Assembly (NCBI RefSeq): GCF_030684315.1
Contig: NC_081396.1
Location: forward strand, 4,092,001-4,156,000
DNA: 64,000 bases
Source of the DNA: Stegostoma tigrinum
Taxonomy: Eukaryota
Direction: 5' to 3'
The first letter of the stretch is position 1; each line of letters begins with the position of its first letter. Both the position numbers and the translations under genes were made by a program. The notes beneath the pieces were generated by a model. It was not told the origin of the DNA and did not search any database. It saw only the letters and a list, made by a program, of their open reading frames with translations. Positions 1 through 12,299 of the stretch are shown here, one piece after another.

Positions 1-359
1 GGTACTGTCAGCAATAACATGCTAACACTAATTGCACATGTTCTTCCTTTGCGATCCATGTCTGAACATTTTGATGCATTGCATCACTTAAACTGTTCTT
101 GGAGAATACAATCATTGTTGTCTTTCTAGGAATGCTGATTGGGGATGCTTATACTAATTCCATCATTATATTTTCAATACAGGCATTGGCTACTGTTAAG
201 TTGAAAATTGTGGTCATCACTGGGTGAGAGTTCAAATGTGCTTACTCATCATATTTATTCAGATGTGATCAGATGCTTGACAAATCAAGAGCAAAAATTG
301 GATCCAGAATAAAATATTCTTTTTTTTGGAATGGTCCGTTAGTTTATTTATATTTCCAG

Positions 360-1460
360 GCTGGTGTGTGTGTGTTTTTTTCCCTTTATTGTTTGGATAT
401 GTGGTCATGAGTGTCTCTTACTTCGCACTTGTCCACGTTGAAGCTTATGCATGACTAAATATATTCATGTTGCCTTGGTGCTGGTGTCTGCATTCACATC
501 TTTGTGTTTGTGTAGATGAATTGTGTTCATTTCACAATGTGTAAGAATCATTATGTTAATGTGACATTTCATTCGTTGAGACCTGTCCTTAATTTCAATG
601 ATTTTGTTATTTTTCTTTTGTGCAGTGCGATTGAAAATGTGTGTTAATGTATCGATTTCTGATTCGACCAACCTTAGATTATTTTCATGTTTGCACTACA
701 TAAATATGTCATGTTTGTATGTCCCTTCAAATTTTGAATGAATACTTATGTGATGAAATGATTTCCTTGGAAATTCATCCTAAACCTTTTCCTGATATGA
801 TTTCCTGTGCTGTTGCACGTGAATATTTGCTGATCTTATGCCATTCACGTTTTGTTCCAAATACTCCACTGTGTGTTGATCGACGCACTTCTGTGTCCAC
901 ATGTGAGGCTTGTAAATTGTGTGTATATGTGACCGTGTTTATTGGCTAATCAATAACATTTAAAAGTAAGTAATTAAGCTGGCTCTTTCCTCATAACATT
1001 TTATTTCTACAAGTGAGTTAATAATGAGATTAAAATTTATCTCTCCGTTTATGCATATCGATGTGAGTGCACATGTGGGAGGATTTATCTGGGGTATTGT
1101 ATGTGTGTTTACAATTGTATGTCTTTACGTATTATGGTGTATGATTGAATATGCATTCATAAGCATTTGTGTGCTGAAGTGTGTCTATGCTTTTCATGAT
1201 TATGTATAGTTACCATCGTTTATTGGGGTGTGTTTCTATCGATGCACTGGTCTTTGTTGTGTAAGTACATATAACAGCTCATATATCAGATGCAAATATG
1301 CCTCTGCATGTATCCATGTGTGACAGCTGATCTGTATTTGCATTTATGTTTGCACATTGGTATTTCCTTCAGGTGAGATCTTGTATATGTGTGTCATTCG
1401 AGCGTCTGAGTGTTTATCCGTATCTGTGTTTGTTTATGTTTTTAAACTAGACTTTTTTTT
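360..1460. repeat. TG-rich degenerate low-complexity block downstream of the secretory poly(A) site
   Basis: Dense tgtg/tatgt/tttgt motifs on +; the ORFs in it are compositional artefacts. Confidence 0.65.
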
Positions 1461-2594
1461 CATTGTTTTGCAATGTTAATCGATTTCCAATGAGTATTTC
1501 TGATTCTGATGGTGTCGGGAACATTTTGCTCCGTTACGGGGAGATAAGCACTTTGTGGTTGACGCTTGATGCAACGCAGAATTTCTGACTCCGAGGTAAA
1601 GGCCCGAGATAAGACCTCCACGACGCCAGAAATGTATAACAATATTTCTGAGTATTTTGGATATAAAATATGTCCAAGGCACGTGAAGGAAAATGACATC
1701 CGGTGTTTGTATACCAGAACTGATTCCACGGAGTCCAGGATTTTGAGTCACAAAAGTGGAAAATAAGCTGGAATAATGCCAGTTTGGTTTTGGATTATGC
1801 AGAACAAAAGTTAGATGATTAACGGAACAAGCTTGTCCAACATGCTTCAAAAAGCAGTATGTGGCATGGAAAATTTAAAGCATTGGTCAGTGAGGAAGAA
1901 GCTGACTGTTCCTGGTAGCTATGAAATCACATTACAGTGTGCACACAATGTTAAGACTCGGAAAGGGGAGTAAGCATATCCTCCGTTAATCCTCAAACTC
2001 TCTTCTTCCTCTGCTCAAAATAAGAAAATTTATTCCTGTTATCTTTGGTGTGAAAGTGAAGATACATTCTGTCAACTGATGCACTGCTGCGAGTTCCCTG
2101 GCAGTCCCCAGATCAAAAAGGATTAATTCAAGTCATGAAAACTATATGATCAGTGCCCAAAGCAATGCTTTCTTGTTTGTGTGTTGCGATCAAAAAACAT
2201 TTTAAATGCCTCAACAGTTTATTTTCTCATTACGTGCAATGGGGCAATTTAAATCTGGCATGCAGTTTATGGACGTAGCCCCATTGAGGAATCAGGAAAA
2301 CAAAATCATAATTCGTGGTGTTCATTTGTGATGAAATGGACATTGCCAAATTTCATCACATTGCGATTTAAGTTGGAGAAGACACTTGGCAGAATCCTAC
2401 AATGAGTGAGCTTCAGTCTGTCACTGAAGCAGGACCGGGCTGGCCGGCCTAAGGGAGTGTTAACTGCCCAGATAAAAGCCCTGGACCTGCTAATAATCGA
2501 ATTTAACTAGATGTGTGGAAAATTATGAAAAGTAGGAAACACAATCAAATAAAATGGTTGTCTATTTGCAAAACAATTGGAGGAAAGAAAACAC

Positions 2595-2609
2595 TTTATT
2601 ACTTTTATT
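2595..2609 (-). terminator. Two tandem AATAAA polyadenylation signals for the secretory mRNA
   Basis: Minus strand TCAATAAAAGTAATAAAG about 30-40 nt after the vestigial TGA. Confidence 0.8.
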
Positions 2610-2636
2610 GAATTCTTAAGTGTAACCTTGAGATTT

Positions 2637-3027
2637 TCATGGCGTGAATTTATGGTGTCCATCAGTGCATGTGAAATATTCACAAAACTCGGTTTGCCGC
2701 TGGATTTATCAACCGTTCTGTTGATGATCTTCAATGGAATCGCTTCATGTCCCACCACACAGGAGTAAGAAGCACCGCTGGTCCACTCCTCCGCAGCAAT
2801 GGATAATAGGCTGTACAAGAAGAAGGAGGTGTTATTGCTCGCTGCCATCACCTCAGTGTTCTTATAGTTTGTGGGATTAACCGGCTTGTCATTGGTTGTC
2901 CACTTGACAAAGATCTCACGGGGTCTGAAACCCCTCACGAAACAGGTGAGCAAAACAAACTTCTGTGCGGAAACTTCTTCTGTTGTTGGCAGGAGAACGG
3001 ACACCATTGGCTCCAGTGGATTTACCG
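2637..3027 (-). pseudogene. IGHM: IgM CH4 exon plus secretory tailpiece (decayed)
   Basis: ttctgcag|CG GTA AAT CCA; [28 protein letters not shown]...[57 protein letters not shown]. The end reads TCA CGC CA TGA where S-C-Q-stop is expected. Confidence 0.96.
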
Positions 3028-3489
3028 CTGCAGAATATTTAAAATAAATAAAACAAAATTTATAAAATCAAGAAACAATATTGTAATTTCACCGAATATT
3101 CAACTATTCCATGTTTAATTTGAAATTTATTCAATTTCACTTTTTTGTAAGGAGCAGAATGACTTCCATTCTATTCATTAAACAGATGAAAAAAGTTCAA
3201 AAGTGACCTCCATGTTATCAGCCCAGAACTACAAAATTTAGTCCATTTGTCATTACTGGAGTTTACTTCACAAAACTCCAGGTATCTTCCCAATTTGTTT
3301 GACATAATTGCAACAGAATATCCTTTAATACATTTGTTTTCTTAAAAGAAAAGTTACTGAACTTCCTTGCCAGGAAATGATCATAAATCCTCCCATCGGT
3401 ATGACTTCATTCCCAATCAAAGTATGCTAAGGATGTATCTGGGTCTGAATTACACATGGGATATATTGTGAATTCATTTCTTCACTCAC

Positions 3490-3795
3490 ATTTCTCCTAG
3501 TGGATAGAATGTCGCAGTAGAGTCCGTAGATACTGATTGCTCACCACGCATACAAATTTATCCCCACTCAGCCAGGCTTCAGTAGAAATATCTAACTCGC
3601 TGATCACACCTTCGGAATGCTCTCCAGAATGGTCAACAATCTCTGATTTCAGAGTCTTCTTATCGTGCATCCAGGTGAAGTTGGCATCAAAATGAAGTTT
3701 GTACACAACGCAGGTTAATTTCACCGCCGGCTCCAGTAAGACCTGTTCAACTGGTGGCGGTAATATTTTAGCGGTGTAATCATGGAACTCTGAAA
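3490..3795 (-). pseudogene. IGHM: IgM CH3 exon with premature TAG near its 3' end
   Basis: ccattgtag|TT TCA GAG ... ATC CAC TAG GAG AAA T|gtgagt; KILPPPVEQVLLEPAVKLTCVV..FTWMH..LDISTEAWLSGDKFVCVVS; stop at 3499-3497. Confidence 0.95.
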
Positions 3796-5721
3796 CTACA
3801 ATGGAGCAGAAACCAGAATCAATGACAAACTGCCTCTGGAGAAACAAAATAACAGTGTTTACTCACAATGTAAAGAACCTACCTTAACGCACGAAACTTT
3901 CAGCTATTCCGGCAACGATACTTACTTTTGTTCGTATATATAAATTTGTGAAATCATTGTTGATTACCTATAAATTGCCCTGGGTAATCTTTGCCAAAGT
4001 AAACTAGCTTTGCACAAAGTGAATTCTGTGAAAAAAAAATCAATGTCACCATGATTTAAACCATGGAGTAATTTTCTTGTTTCACTTAAGGCCAACTACT
4101 GATATTTTTGGCAAAACTAATCTCAAATCAATGTAATGAATTCATTTTTACTTTCATGAGGCATGTGTGCAATTTTTGCTGAACATGGTGAGTGTCAAAT
4201 CACATAACAATTTCAGTAAACCTGTAATCAAACGTAGTCATTCTCTTATTCCTTTTGTAACTATGGTTATTTTCCTATGTTAATGTAGTGGTGAAATTTC
4301 AGGTAAATTCTTTTCAATGTAACTTAACATGATGGAAAATAAGTTGCATTATTGGTGTGAGATCATTCTCTAAATTAGATCATGAAATACTATTCCTCAT
4401 TGTCCATATTTGGAATAGACCTGAAAACGAGACACAGAATACGGCATCGGAAACAGAGTAGGGCACTCGTCCTCTCAAACCTTCACTACACCATGCAATA
4501 TTCACTGAGATAATGAATAGGCTCAACTCTCATTTTGTTCAGTTAGCTGCAACTTTAAATTCCTTCCCAGAAAAAAAAATAATCCAGCAGTGAGAGTTTT
4601 ATATCGACTTGCAAACTCACCTGATATCTGCACTGGTAAATTTCATACTTCCACTACTCACTGCGTAAAATCATCCATCCTGAAACCAGGCTAAAGGATG
4701 TTAGTTATAATGCTGAGTTAATTCATTCCAATTGCTGCATTTCCACCAGAATTTATTGTCCTGCCACATCCACGAATTGCAGAAAACCTCTGAACCAGGC
4801 TCGTTGAGATCAAGTTTATCTCTTTTAATCCAATTTTATTCTCACCCTGGTCTCAGTTTTGGTGTCATGATTGACGTTAAAAGTCCCATAACTTGCAAAA
4901 ATTTTGTCATCCAATGCTCAAGGTCAACAGGTACTTCCTGGTCTTGGAACAAAGTATTGAGTAGATTTTGTTTTATTTTCAAGTCTGAGTCTCTTCATAT
5001 CTTCCTATGTCATCTTCTGACCACAAAACAGAAAGATATACCAGAAGAATCAGAAGATTCCGGAAATCAATGCTTTTCTGCAATGCAAACATTGAATGAT
5101 TTGTTTCTCAATCCCATTGTCCCGCGTTCTCCATGTACTAAGCATCAACCAATCTATCTCTATCTTAATTGATTTCGATGTGTGACCTCCACAACACTCT
5201 GGGGCAGTGAAATCCACAGATTCATCACTCCCTGGTTAAAGATATTCCTCATTGGTCCAGTTCTATATCGCCCTCCCTTTGATTCTGAGGCACTGTCTTC
5301 GGGTCCGAGTCAACGTATTAGTGAAAACATCTTCTCCGCATCTACCCTGTTTCGAATTCTCAGTATTTGCTAAGTTTCAACGAGATCACTTGTCGATGGC
5401 TCACCTCACCCCTGCCGCCAACAACCCCCTATTCTTGATGCCATAACGAGTATTATGCATTTCCACTCCGTCTCCAAGTATTGGCCAACAACAAATGAAT
5501 CCAGTCAACTGTCATATGTCATCAACATAGATGGAAACATGTTTGTCTGATTTGAATTAAGAGCACTGCTGACGTACAACTCACAATGAAATGAGATACA
5601 CATTTGCATGATCTCAAATTAAAACTTGATCAGTGCTGTTCACTCAGCTTGATAAATTACGTGTATTGGATTTGCATCAGCGGGCAGAATTCGTGTCCTT
5701 TCTGTAGAATGCATCTCTTAC

Positions 5722-6036
5722 CCTGAGGTCCTGTGATGTTCTGACTTTGAATGAACCCCTCATGACCGACTTGGCATGTATGAACTGCTCTGTCGAACCA
5801 TTTACAATAAGGGACTCTCATCTGACTGGTCGTTGAGAAGTTTCCATTCGCTTCACACACAGGGGCAGTGAAGATACCAGAATCCACGTGTCTTCCATTC
5901 TTCAACCAAATCACGGAGATTTTCTTTGGATCGAGATCAAAGATTGAACAGACAATGGTTGCAACTTTTCTGCTCTCGATTACTTCTCTGGAACGCACAG
6001 TTAAGAGAACAGTCGGAGGGACACCACCGTTTTGAA
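5722..6036 (-). pseudogene. IGHM: IgM CH2 exon
   Basis: ttttcttaag|TT CAA AAC ... CCT CAG G|gtaaga; PPTVLLTV...ATIVCSIFDLDPKKISVIWLKNG...NGNFSTTSQMRVP..WF..VHTCQVGH; 315 bp, open. Confidence 0.95.
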
Positions 6037-6149
6037 CTTAAGAAAACAGATCATGTAAATTATCTGATTTGAGAACAAATAGAGTCAGTTATTCCCAATC
6101 AATGTTCATTGCGGCTAGTATACATTTCGCCCAAAAATTACAAGGATCC

Positions 6150-9120
6150 TAATTATGCAAAATACAGCAAAAGCTGGCGTTCAGGCAAAAAGATCAGCTG
6201 GTTGAAATTCAGTGCTAAAATTCGAAGAAACAACAAGTACTAAATATGGTAATGAAATTATACATCAGTCAAATCAATGAAAAGATTCCGACGAAGTGAA
6301 GAGAAAAATGAGGAAATTAAGTAGTTGATATTATGCCAATATGTTGACAGAGGGGAAGGACACATTATTCCAGGAGATTCAGCCTTCAAGAGAGTCGGGA
6401 GAACTAATAAAATGGAGGCTGGGGTGGGTGGCTGTAGTGTGTGTCGCAGTATTGAGCAGGGTGGATTCAATAGTAAAGAGAAAAGAAATCGTAGATAACT
6501 CCTCAAATGAAAGCAATGAAAAAGACTTAAAAACCAACATAAAGCTAAAAAGTCTGCTCGGAGAGCAAAAAAGGTTCCTTGACAGGTTCAAGAGATATGA
6601 GTGTGGGTACGTCAGCAAATTTTCATAAATAGGGTAATGATTGTAAGGATTTCAACTTCCTCAATGTAGGTTCGGCATTCAACGTTTCAAATGTTCAGCA
6701 GGTGTAGAAGTGTGAAATTGAGGTTTTTAATGCAGTACGTCGGCGACCTGACAAGAGAGGCTGAACCTGTACCTTTCTTTAGGTAATGTGGCCAACAAAG
6801 CACTCCACGTATCAAAGGAGAAGCATTTTGCAGAGATTGATCACAAACTCATTAGATTCAATATTGTTCTGGAAAGTGATAGTAATACACCCAAACTGAA
6901 ATTTTGAATCATGTGAAGGCAAAATGTAATATGATAGGGTACAATTTGACCAGACTGAAATGAGAGCAGGCATTTCATGGTAAATGTGAGTCGGATCAGG
7001 AGGATGCACTCAAGCAGGAAATGTAAAGACGAAAAGGCCGTCAAAACAATGGAAGCTCTCAAGAGGTCTAAAACATGCAAGGGCAGGTTGAAAATGAAAA
7101 ATTAAGAGAAAAACGAAGCATAAAATTATATTTGCACAATATTGGAAAATAACCCCTTTAAAAAAAACAACGAAGAGTTGTTTTACAAGTTGACAAATGG
7201 CAGAACGACAAGTGCAGAAACAACAGGGCCCATTAAGTGCAACAGCAGTATTATTTACTTATTAGCTGTAATTGTAGGGTAATGGTCGTGCTGAGTTCAT
7301 GTGAATGGAAGTCAGTGCCTAGTGGTGGTCTGTGGGGATCAGCATAAATATCCTTGTGTGATGTCTACAAACAATTTACATTTGAAGCTGGAATGTTTGG
7401 TCAGAAATGTCGCAGTTCGAATGAAAAGTGTCAAGCTGTACGTATTGAGGTCAAAAATTGTACAACATAGTTTTTTTTAGAAAAGAAGGAGTGGCTTGAT
7501 GGGCTGATCATGACAAATGGGAATCATTCTGGGTAAGGGTGAGGTGATGCATGTATGCTGAAAAAATGCAATGTTTTGCGTTATAAATTGTGGAATCCTG
7601 AGATGCACGAGATTTTTTAGTGTGCATGCTCAGCTGTCGCTTATGGCTCAAGGGCTCGGCAAAAACAAACAAACACTGAGTCATAGACATGCATAGTTTG
7701 GGAACAAACCTTTCGGTTTAACACGTCCATTTGACCAGATATCCAAAATTATTAACTTAAGGAGTAACAGCAAGTAAGTTATGTTAAAAATTAAAACATT
7801 GTGTTGGAGATCACGATTAAAGTGAAGATGCAGGTATAGAATCAGGGAGAAGAGTTGTGATGTGCTTTAAGAAATCTGCATCAGATGAGTGGATTCTCTG
7901 TCTTGTACTACAGGGCGGATGAAATGTATCCAGCGCTGTTGAGAGAGGAACGGAAGGAAATGGTTGAGGTGATGGCAATGATTTTGAATTCTTCTTTGGC
8001 CTCAGGCAATACCCTGAATGGCTGTAGGCCACACAAAGTGGTACCATAGCGTAAAAGGGAGCAAAGTGTTATCCATGGAATCAGGGGTTAGTCAAACTAG
8101 GCTGAGTCGTCGACAAAATATTGCAATCAATTCCAAGGAACACTATTAATCTTCATTCGGAGGAGTTTATTCAAAAAATCTTGGCAAGTTTTATTGAGGG
8201 GAATTCATGCCGAACGAACATGAAGGGATTTTGTCAAAGACTAACGAGGTGGGTAGATGATAGCAAAGCTAAGAGGCAATGGGATTCGAGGAAATTTGAT
8301 TGGATCAAAAACTGTTTGCGTGGCTGCAATTGGAAGGTGATGGTCGTGGTGTTTTCATGTGAATAGAGGCCTGCACTTCGTGGTGCTGGGAGGGGATCAG
8401 CATAAATATCCTTGTTGTTTGTGATGTCGACAAACAATTTAGACTTGAAGCTGGAATGTTTGGCCAGAAGTGTCGCAGACCAAATGAAAATTGTCGAGCT
8501 GTACATATTGAGGTCAAAAAATTGTACAGCATAGAAGAATAAATAATTAGATGTGGCTCGATGGGCCGATCATGGCAAATAGGATTCATTCTGGTTAAGT
8601 GTGACGTGATGTATGTCTGCTGAAAAAAATGCAAAGTTTAATATGATAAATTGTGGAATTCTGAGATGCGCGAAATTTTTTCATGTGTATGCTCACCTAG
8701 TGCTTATGGCTCAAGGACTGGCCAAAAAAAATCACGGAGTTGTAGATGTGTATAGTATGGGAGCAGACCTTCCAGTTTAACACGCTCACTTGACCACATA
8801 TTCCAAATTAATCTGGTAATATTTGCCACATACACCTCTAAACTGTTCATTTTTATGTACCTGTCCAGATAACTTTTAAATATTTTAATTATCCTCCACA
8901 AGTTCCTCTGGCATCTCAATCCATTCACATGTCACCCTTTGCATGGTCCCTGTGAAATCTTTGGTTTCTCAATTTAAATCTATGCTCTTGAAGTTTTAGA
9001 CTCCCTTCTACCAATGATACGATGTTAGCTGTTCTCCCCGCCCAAATTCCTCATAATTTGATAAGCTTTCATCAGGTCTCCAGTCTTCGACTCTCGAAGG
9101 AAATTAATCCCTCTTATAGA
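6150..9120. mobile_element. Decayed CR1/L2 fragments filling the CH1-CH2 intron
   Basis: Degenerate endonuclease/RT-like sequence on + (6150-8620) and a LINE 3' end on - (8730-9120). Confidence 0.6.
7300..8815. repeat. ~450-bp direct duplication (7300-7750 vs 8360-8815)
   Basis: Shared ggggatcagcataaatatccttg...gaagctggaatgtttgg...attgaggtcaaaaa...ataaattgtggaat...cttatggctcaaggg; offset ~1060 bp. Confidence 0.9.
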
Positions 9121-9446
9121 GCCTTTCTCTGTAATTTATATCATCCGCTCATTTCGAGGGGAATTAATCATTTAGACAATGGAGGAATAGTCATGTTAAA
9201 GCTGAAACTTTCATAGCACGTCAGAAGCTTTGAGGCAAATACTTGCATTGCCAAATCAACAAGACAATCGATCCTCTGTTAGTAAATTGTATGAGACTGG
9301 TTGGGTTTTTTTGAATGGTATGTAATTGATGGGCCAAAGGGTCATTCACCTGCTTAAACGTTTATGATTCTGGTGAACATGTTAACAATCAAGCCCAATT
9401 CAAATAAAGCACACACATCTGTTTACCCCGTTCCCACAACACTTAC

Positions 9447-9743
9447 ATAACATTTCAGTGCTTGTGTCAAACCCGCTGTGTCGAACCTCACAGATAACTT
9501 TTCCATATTTTGCCTCTGATTCGGGGACCACTAACTGACTGCTCAGGGTGTAAGTTCCCTTCTGGTTTCTCATCGATGGGTATGTCATAAATCCAGTCGA
9601 GATTGGCTTCCCACCTTTCTTCCAGGTCACAGGGGTAGCGTCAGGGGAATAGTCCATCGCCAAACAACCAAAAGTCACAGAACCGTTAGAGTTGTGCTGG
9701 TCACTGGAGGCGAGACGATAAATCATCAGGGAAGACGGCTTTA
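9447..9743 (-). pseudogene. IGHM: IgM CH1 exon
   Basis: ttcccag|TA AAG CCG ... ATG TTA T|gtaagt; KPSSLMIYRLASSDQHNSNGSVTFGCLAMDYSPDATPVTWKKGG...TYTLSSQL...ICEVRHSG; 297 bp, open. Confidence 0.95.
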
Positions 9744-9785
9744 CTGGGAAAGAATGCCGGATTAAGCAAGTTAGACTCTGTTAAT

Positions 9786-10090
9786 TCATAGAATCCTTAC
9801 AGTATGTAAAGAGGCCATTCAGTCCGATATCTCCACACCTCCACTTGGAACAGCACCCTATGCAGAAATATTCCCCTTTCCGAAAACCCTGAATTTCATG
9901 TGGCAAATCCACCGCACGTGCATACTAATGAGCACCAATGAATCGTCATTCCAGCTATCCTCGACATGTTTGGGCTGTGGGAGGGCATTGGAACACCCTG
10001 CAGAAACACACACAGATACGCGGAGAATGTGCAAACTTTGCACAGACAGTCGTCCGAGGGTGAAATCGATCCCGGTTCTGACAGCAATGT
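9786..10090 (-). mobile_element. Degenerate HE1/V-SINE just upstream of the CH1 acceptor
   Basis: agaatgtgcaaactttgcacagacagtcgtccgagg matches the V-domain of the copy at 25477-25782. Confidence 0.75.
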
Positions 10091-10340
10091 AAATTCAGCT
10101 TATTTTTGTTTTATGTTATTTGTTGATCATGTTCTGTTATTTCACTCTTCAGAAATACGCCTGATACCTTCACTACTATATTTTAGTTTAGGAATAAGAA
10201 CACTCTAATCCCAACACTGTGCAGTTTTGAAAGACGTCGCCAATAACCAAACTGAAATTTCATTTGGATTACAAGTGAATAAAGGAGAAGTTAAATGAAT
10301 TAAAATTCGAAACACTGTGGGTACTGAAAATAAGAAGCAT

Positions 10341-10493
10341 NNNNNNNNNNNNNNNNNNNNNNNNNNNNNNNNNNNNNNNNNNNNNNNNNNNNNNNNNNNN
10401 NNNNNNNNNNNNNNNNNNNNNNNNNNNNNNNNNNNNNNNNNNNNNNNNNNNNNNNNNNNNNNNNNNNNNNNNNNNNNNNNNNNNNNNNNNNNN
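10341..10493. other. Assembly gap (N run) in the J-C intron
   Basis: Read directly from the sequence. Confidence 1.
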
Positions 10494-12299
10494 CATGTCT
10501 AAATTCCTCATCAATAAAGTTATGCGAATGATAAATAGTCCTGTCCTTTCTCCGTCTGGTCTTGTAAAAACACATTCACTGCAATTGATCAGCTCAACTA
10601 CCTCAGATTCCCCATAAGCCCAAAGATTTTTAAAGTGACGGAACTTCAGAAGTGACTCAGTAATCCGTAATTACCGGATGCCAATGAAACAATAATAATG
10701 CTTTTAATAATAATACACGATGATGAAAGACTATGAAGTGGCTTTTATGACTTGTGAGACTCTGAGTGAAACCTTTCAGACTAATCCCACTCTAAGATGA
10801 CATAAATCTGATGTGTCTGAGAGGAAATTAGTTATTTGCAAACCAGCAAATTTAAATTGTTTCACCATTAATAAAATCATCTTCCTGCTGCCACACAAAT
10901 CCAAATGAGGAAACAGGACATTGCTAAATAGTTGTGGTAAAGTTTCCAGAGCAGTGATCAACATTGACTTGTGACTTCATGAAGTGCCTTGCATTGTCGA
11001 AACGAAATTCGTGAGACGACGCCCTTCTTATTGTCTGATGCTGCCATGCCACAGAATCATGAGTGACAGTTCAATCTTCTTCCAACTTGAGCACCAGTTT
11101 GAAGACATAGATAATATAGCGTTTGCAGTGTCTGCCCTCTTGGTAGAGATTTCAATGTGCATCACAATACAAGTAATGAAAGTAAAATATCTACCGAGTT
11201 TGAAACAAAAAAAAGTCTCAAACATTCCAAGATTATATTAGCATGTATGATGTCGGCTTTGCTGTCAACAGTAGCATTCTTTGCCCGTTGCTAATCATCC
11301 ATGGGCATGTGGTGGAGAGTTGCTTTCTTCCAACTTTATTGACCTTACAAAGCAGATACTCACAGTATGGCTGGGACGGGAATGGTAGGCCCAGCAACAT
11401 CGTGAAGAAGTGACAATATCATTAAACAGAGAGAAGATTTGCAGTTGGATGCGCTGTCTTTCACTTGCTGCCCTGCCCTTCTCGATGGCAGAGGTCGTGG
11501 GCTCAGAAATTGCTGGGGATGGAATCTGGCTGAGTTTCGACAGCCAAACTCGTAGAGAACCAACAACAGTTCCACTACATTAGAAGTAAAGGAGTGAATA
11601 TTGCGTGTGATAAATGGAATGCCAAACAACTGTATTGCTTTATGGTGTGTGGTGCCAAGCTTCTGAAGCGCTATTTATGTTTGACTCATCCAGAAAGTGG
11701 ACAGCATCCAACCACCCTTCTGCCTAGTGCCTTGTTGTTGGTTTAGCAGGCGTTTGGGGACAGCCGATAAATTACTTGCAGAAAATGCCTGGCCTCTGGT
11801 CTGCTCTTGGCGCCAGAACATTTGCACAATAACTCATATTCTTTTTTTTAAGTTGATGTTGTGGGATTTGGCAACGATAATAACATTTTCAAGATAAATA
11901 TTTAAAGTCACTCTTCTGGGAAATTGAATGTGTTTGTCACAAACGTGTTACGAAACTTATTTTCCATTGCCAATGCAAGTAAATATATTTTTTCTCAGAA
12001 GACGGTTGCTACAGTAGCGAGAAGAGGAGCAGAGGATGGCAGCTGAGAGAATTCACTGTCGCAATTGATCCCATGCCAATTGTGTGGAAGTTTAAACCGA
12101 TAATGGACAAATGGCTGAATGTTGAAGGCCTCTGAAAATACGCGCTCCTCCATTGAGAATCACAGATATTGCTGAACTATGGTTAACTGCTGAACATTTC
12201 ACCAGGAATAATTCACGAAATTAACATGTGTGCTTTAGCTGACAAATTGACACCAAATTCACTGCACAAACTCTACTTTCTCAGTCTGGCCACCACTCC

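Noticed and set aside
130-223. Plus-strand exon-like segment with hydrophobic translation
   Set aside because: Wrong strand for IgM TM, no recognisable motif and no partner exons.
1-2590. IgM transmembrane exons
   Set aside because: No TFIxLFxLSxFY-like sequence found on the minus strand; probably outside the window or lost.
2507-2636. C-terminal extension of the CH4 ORF as a novel tail
   Set aside because: Read-through from a 1-nt deletion across the poly(A) signals, and downstream of the CH3 stop.
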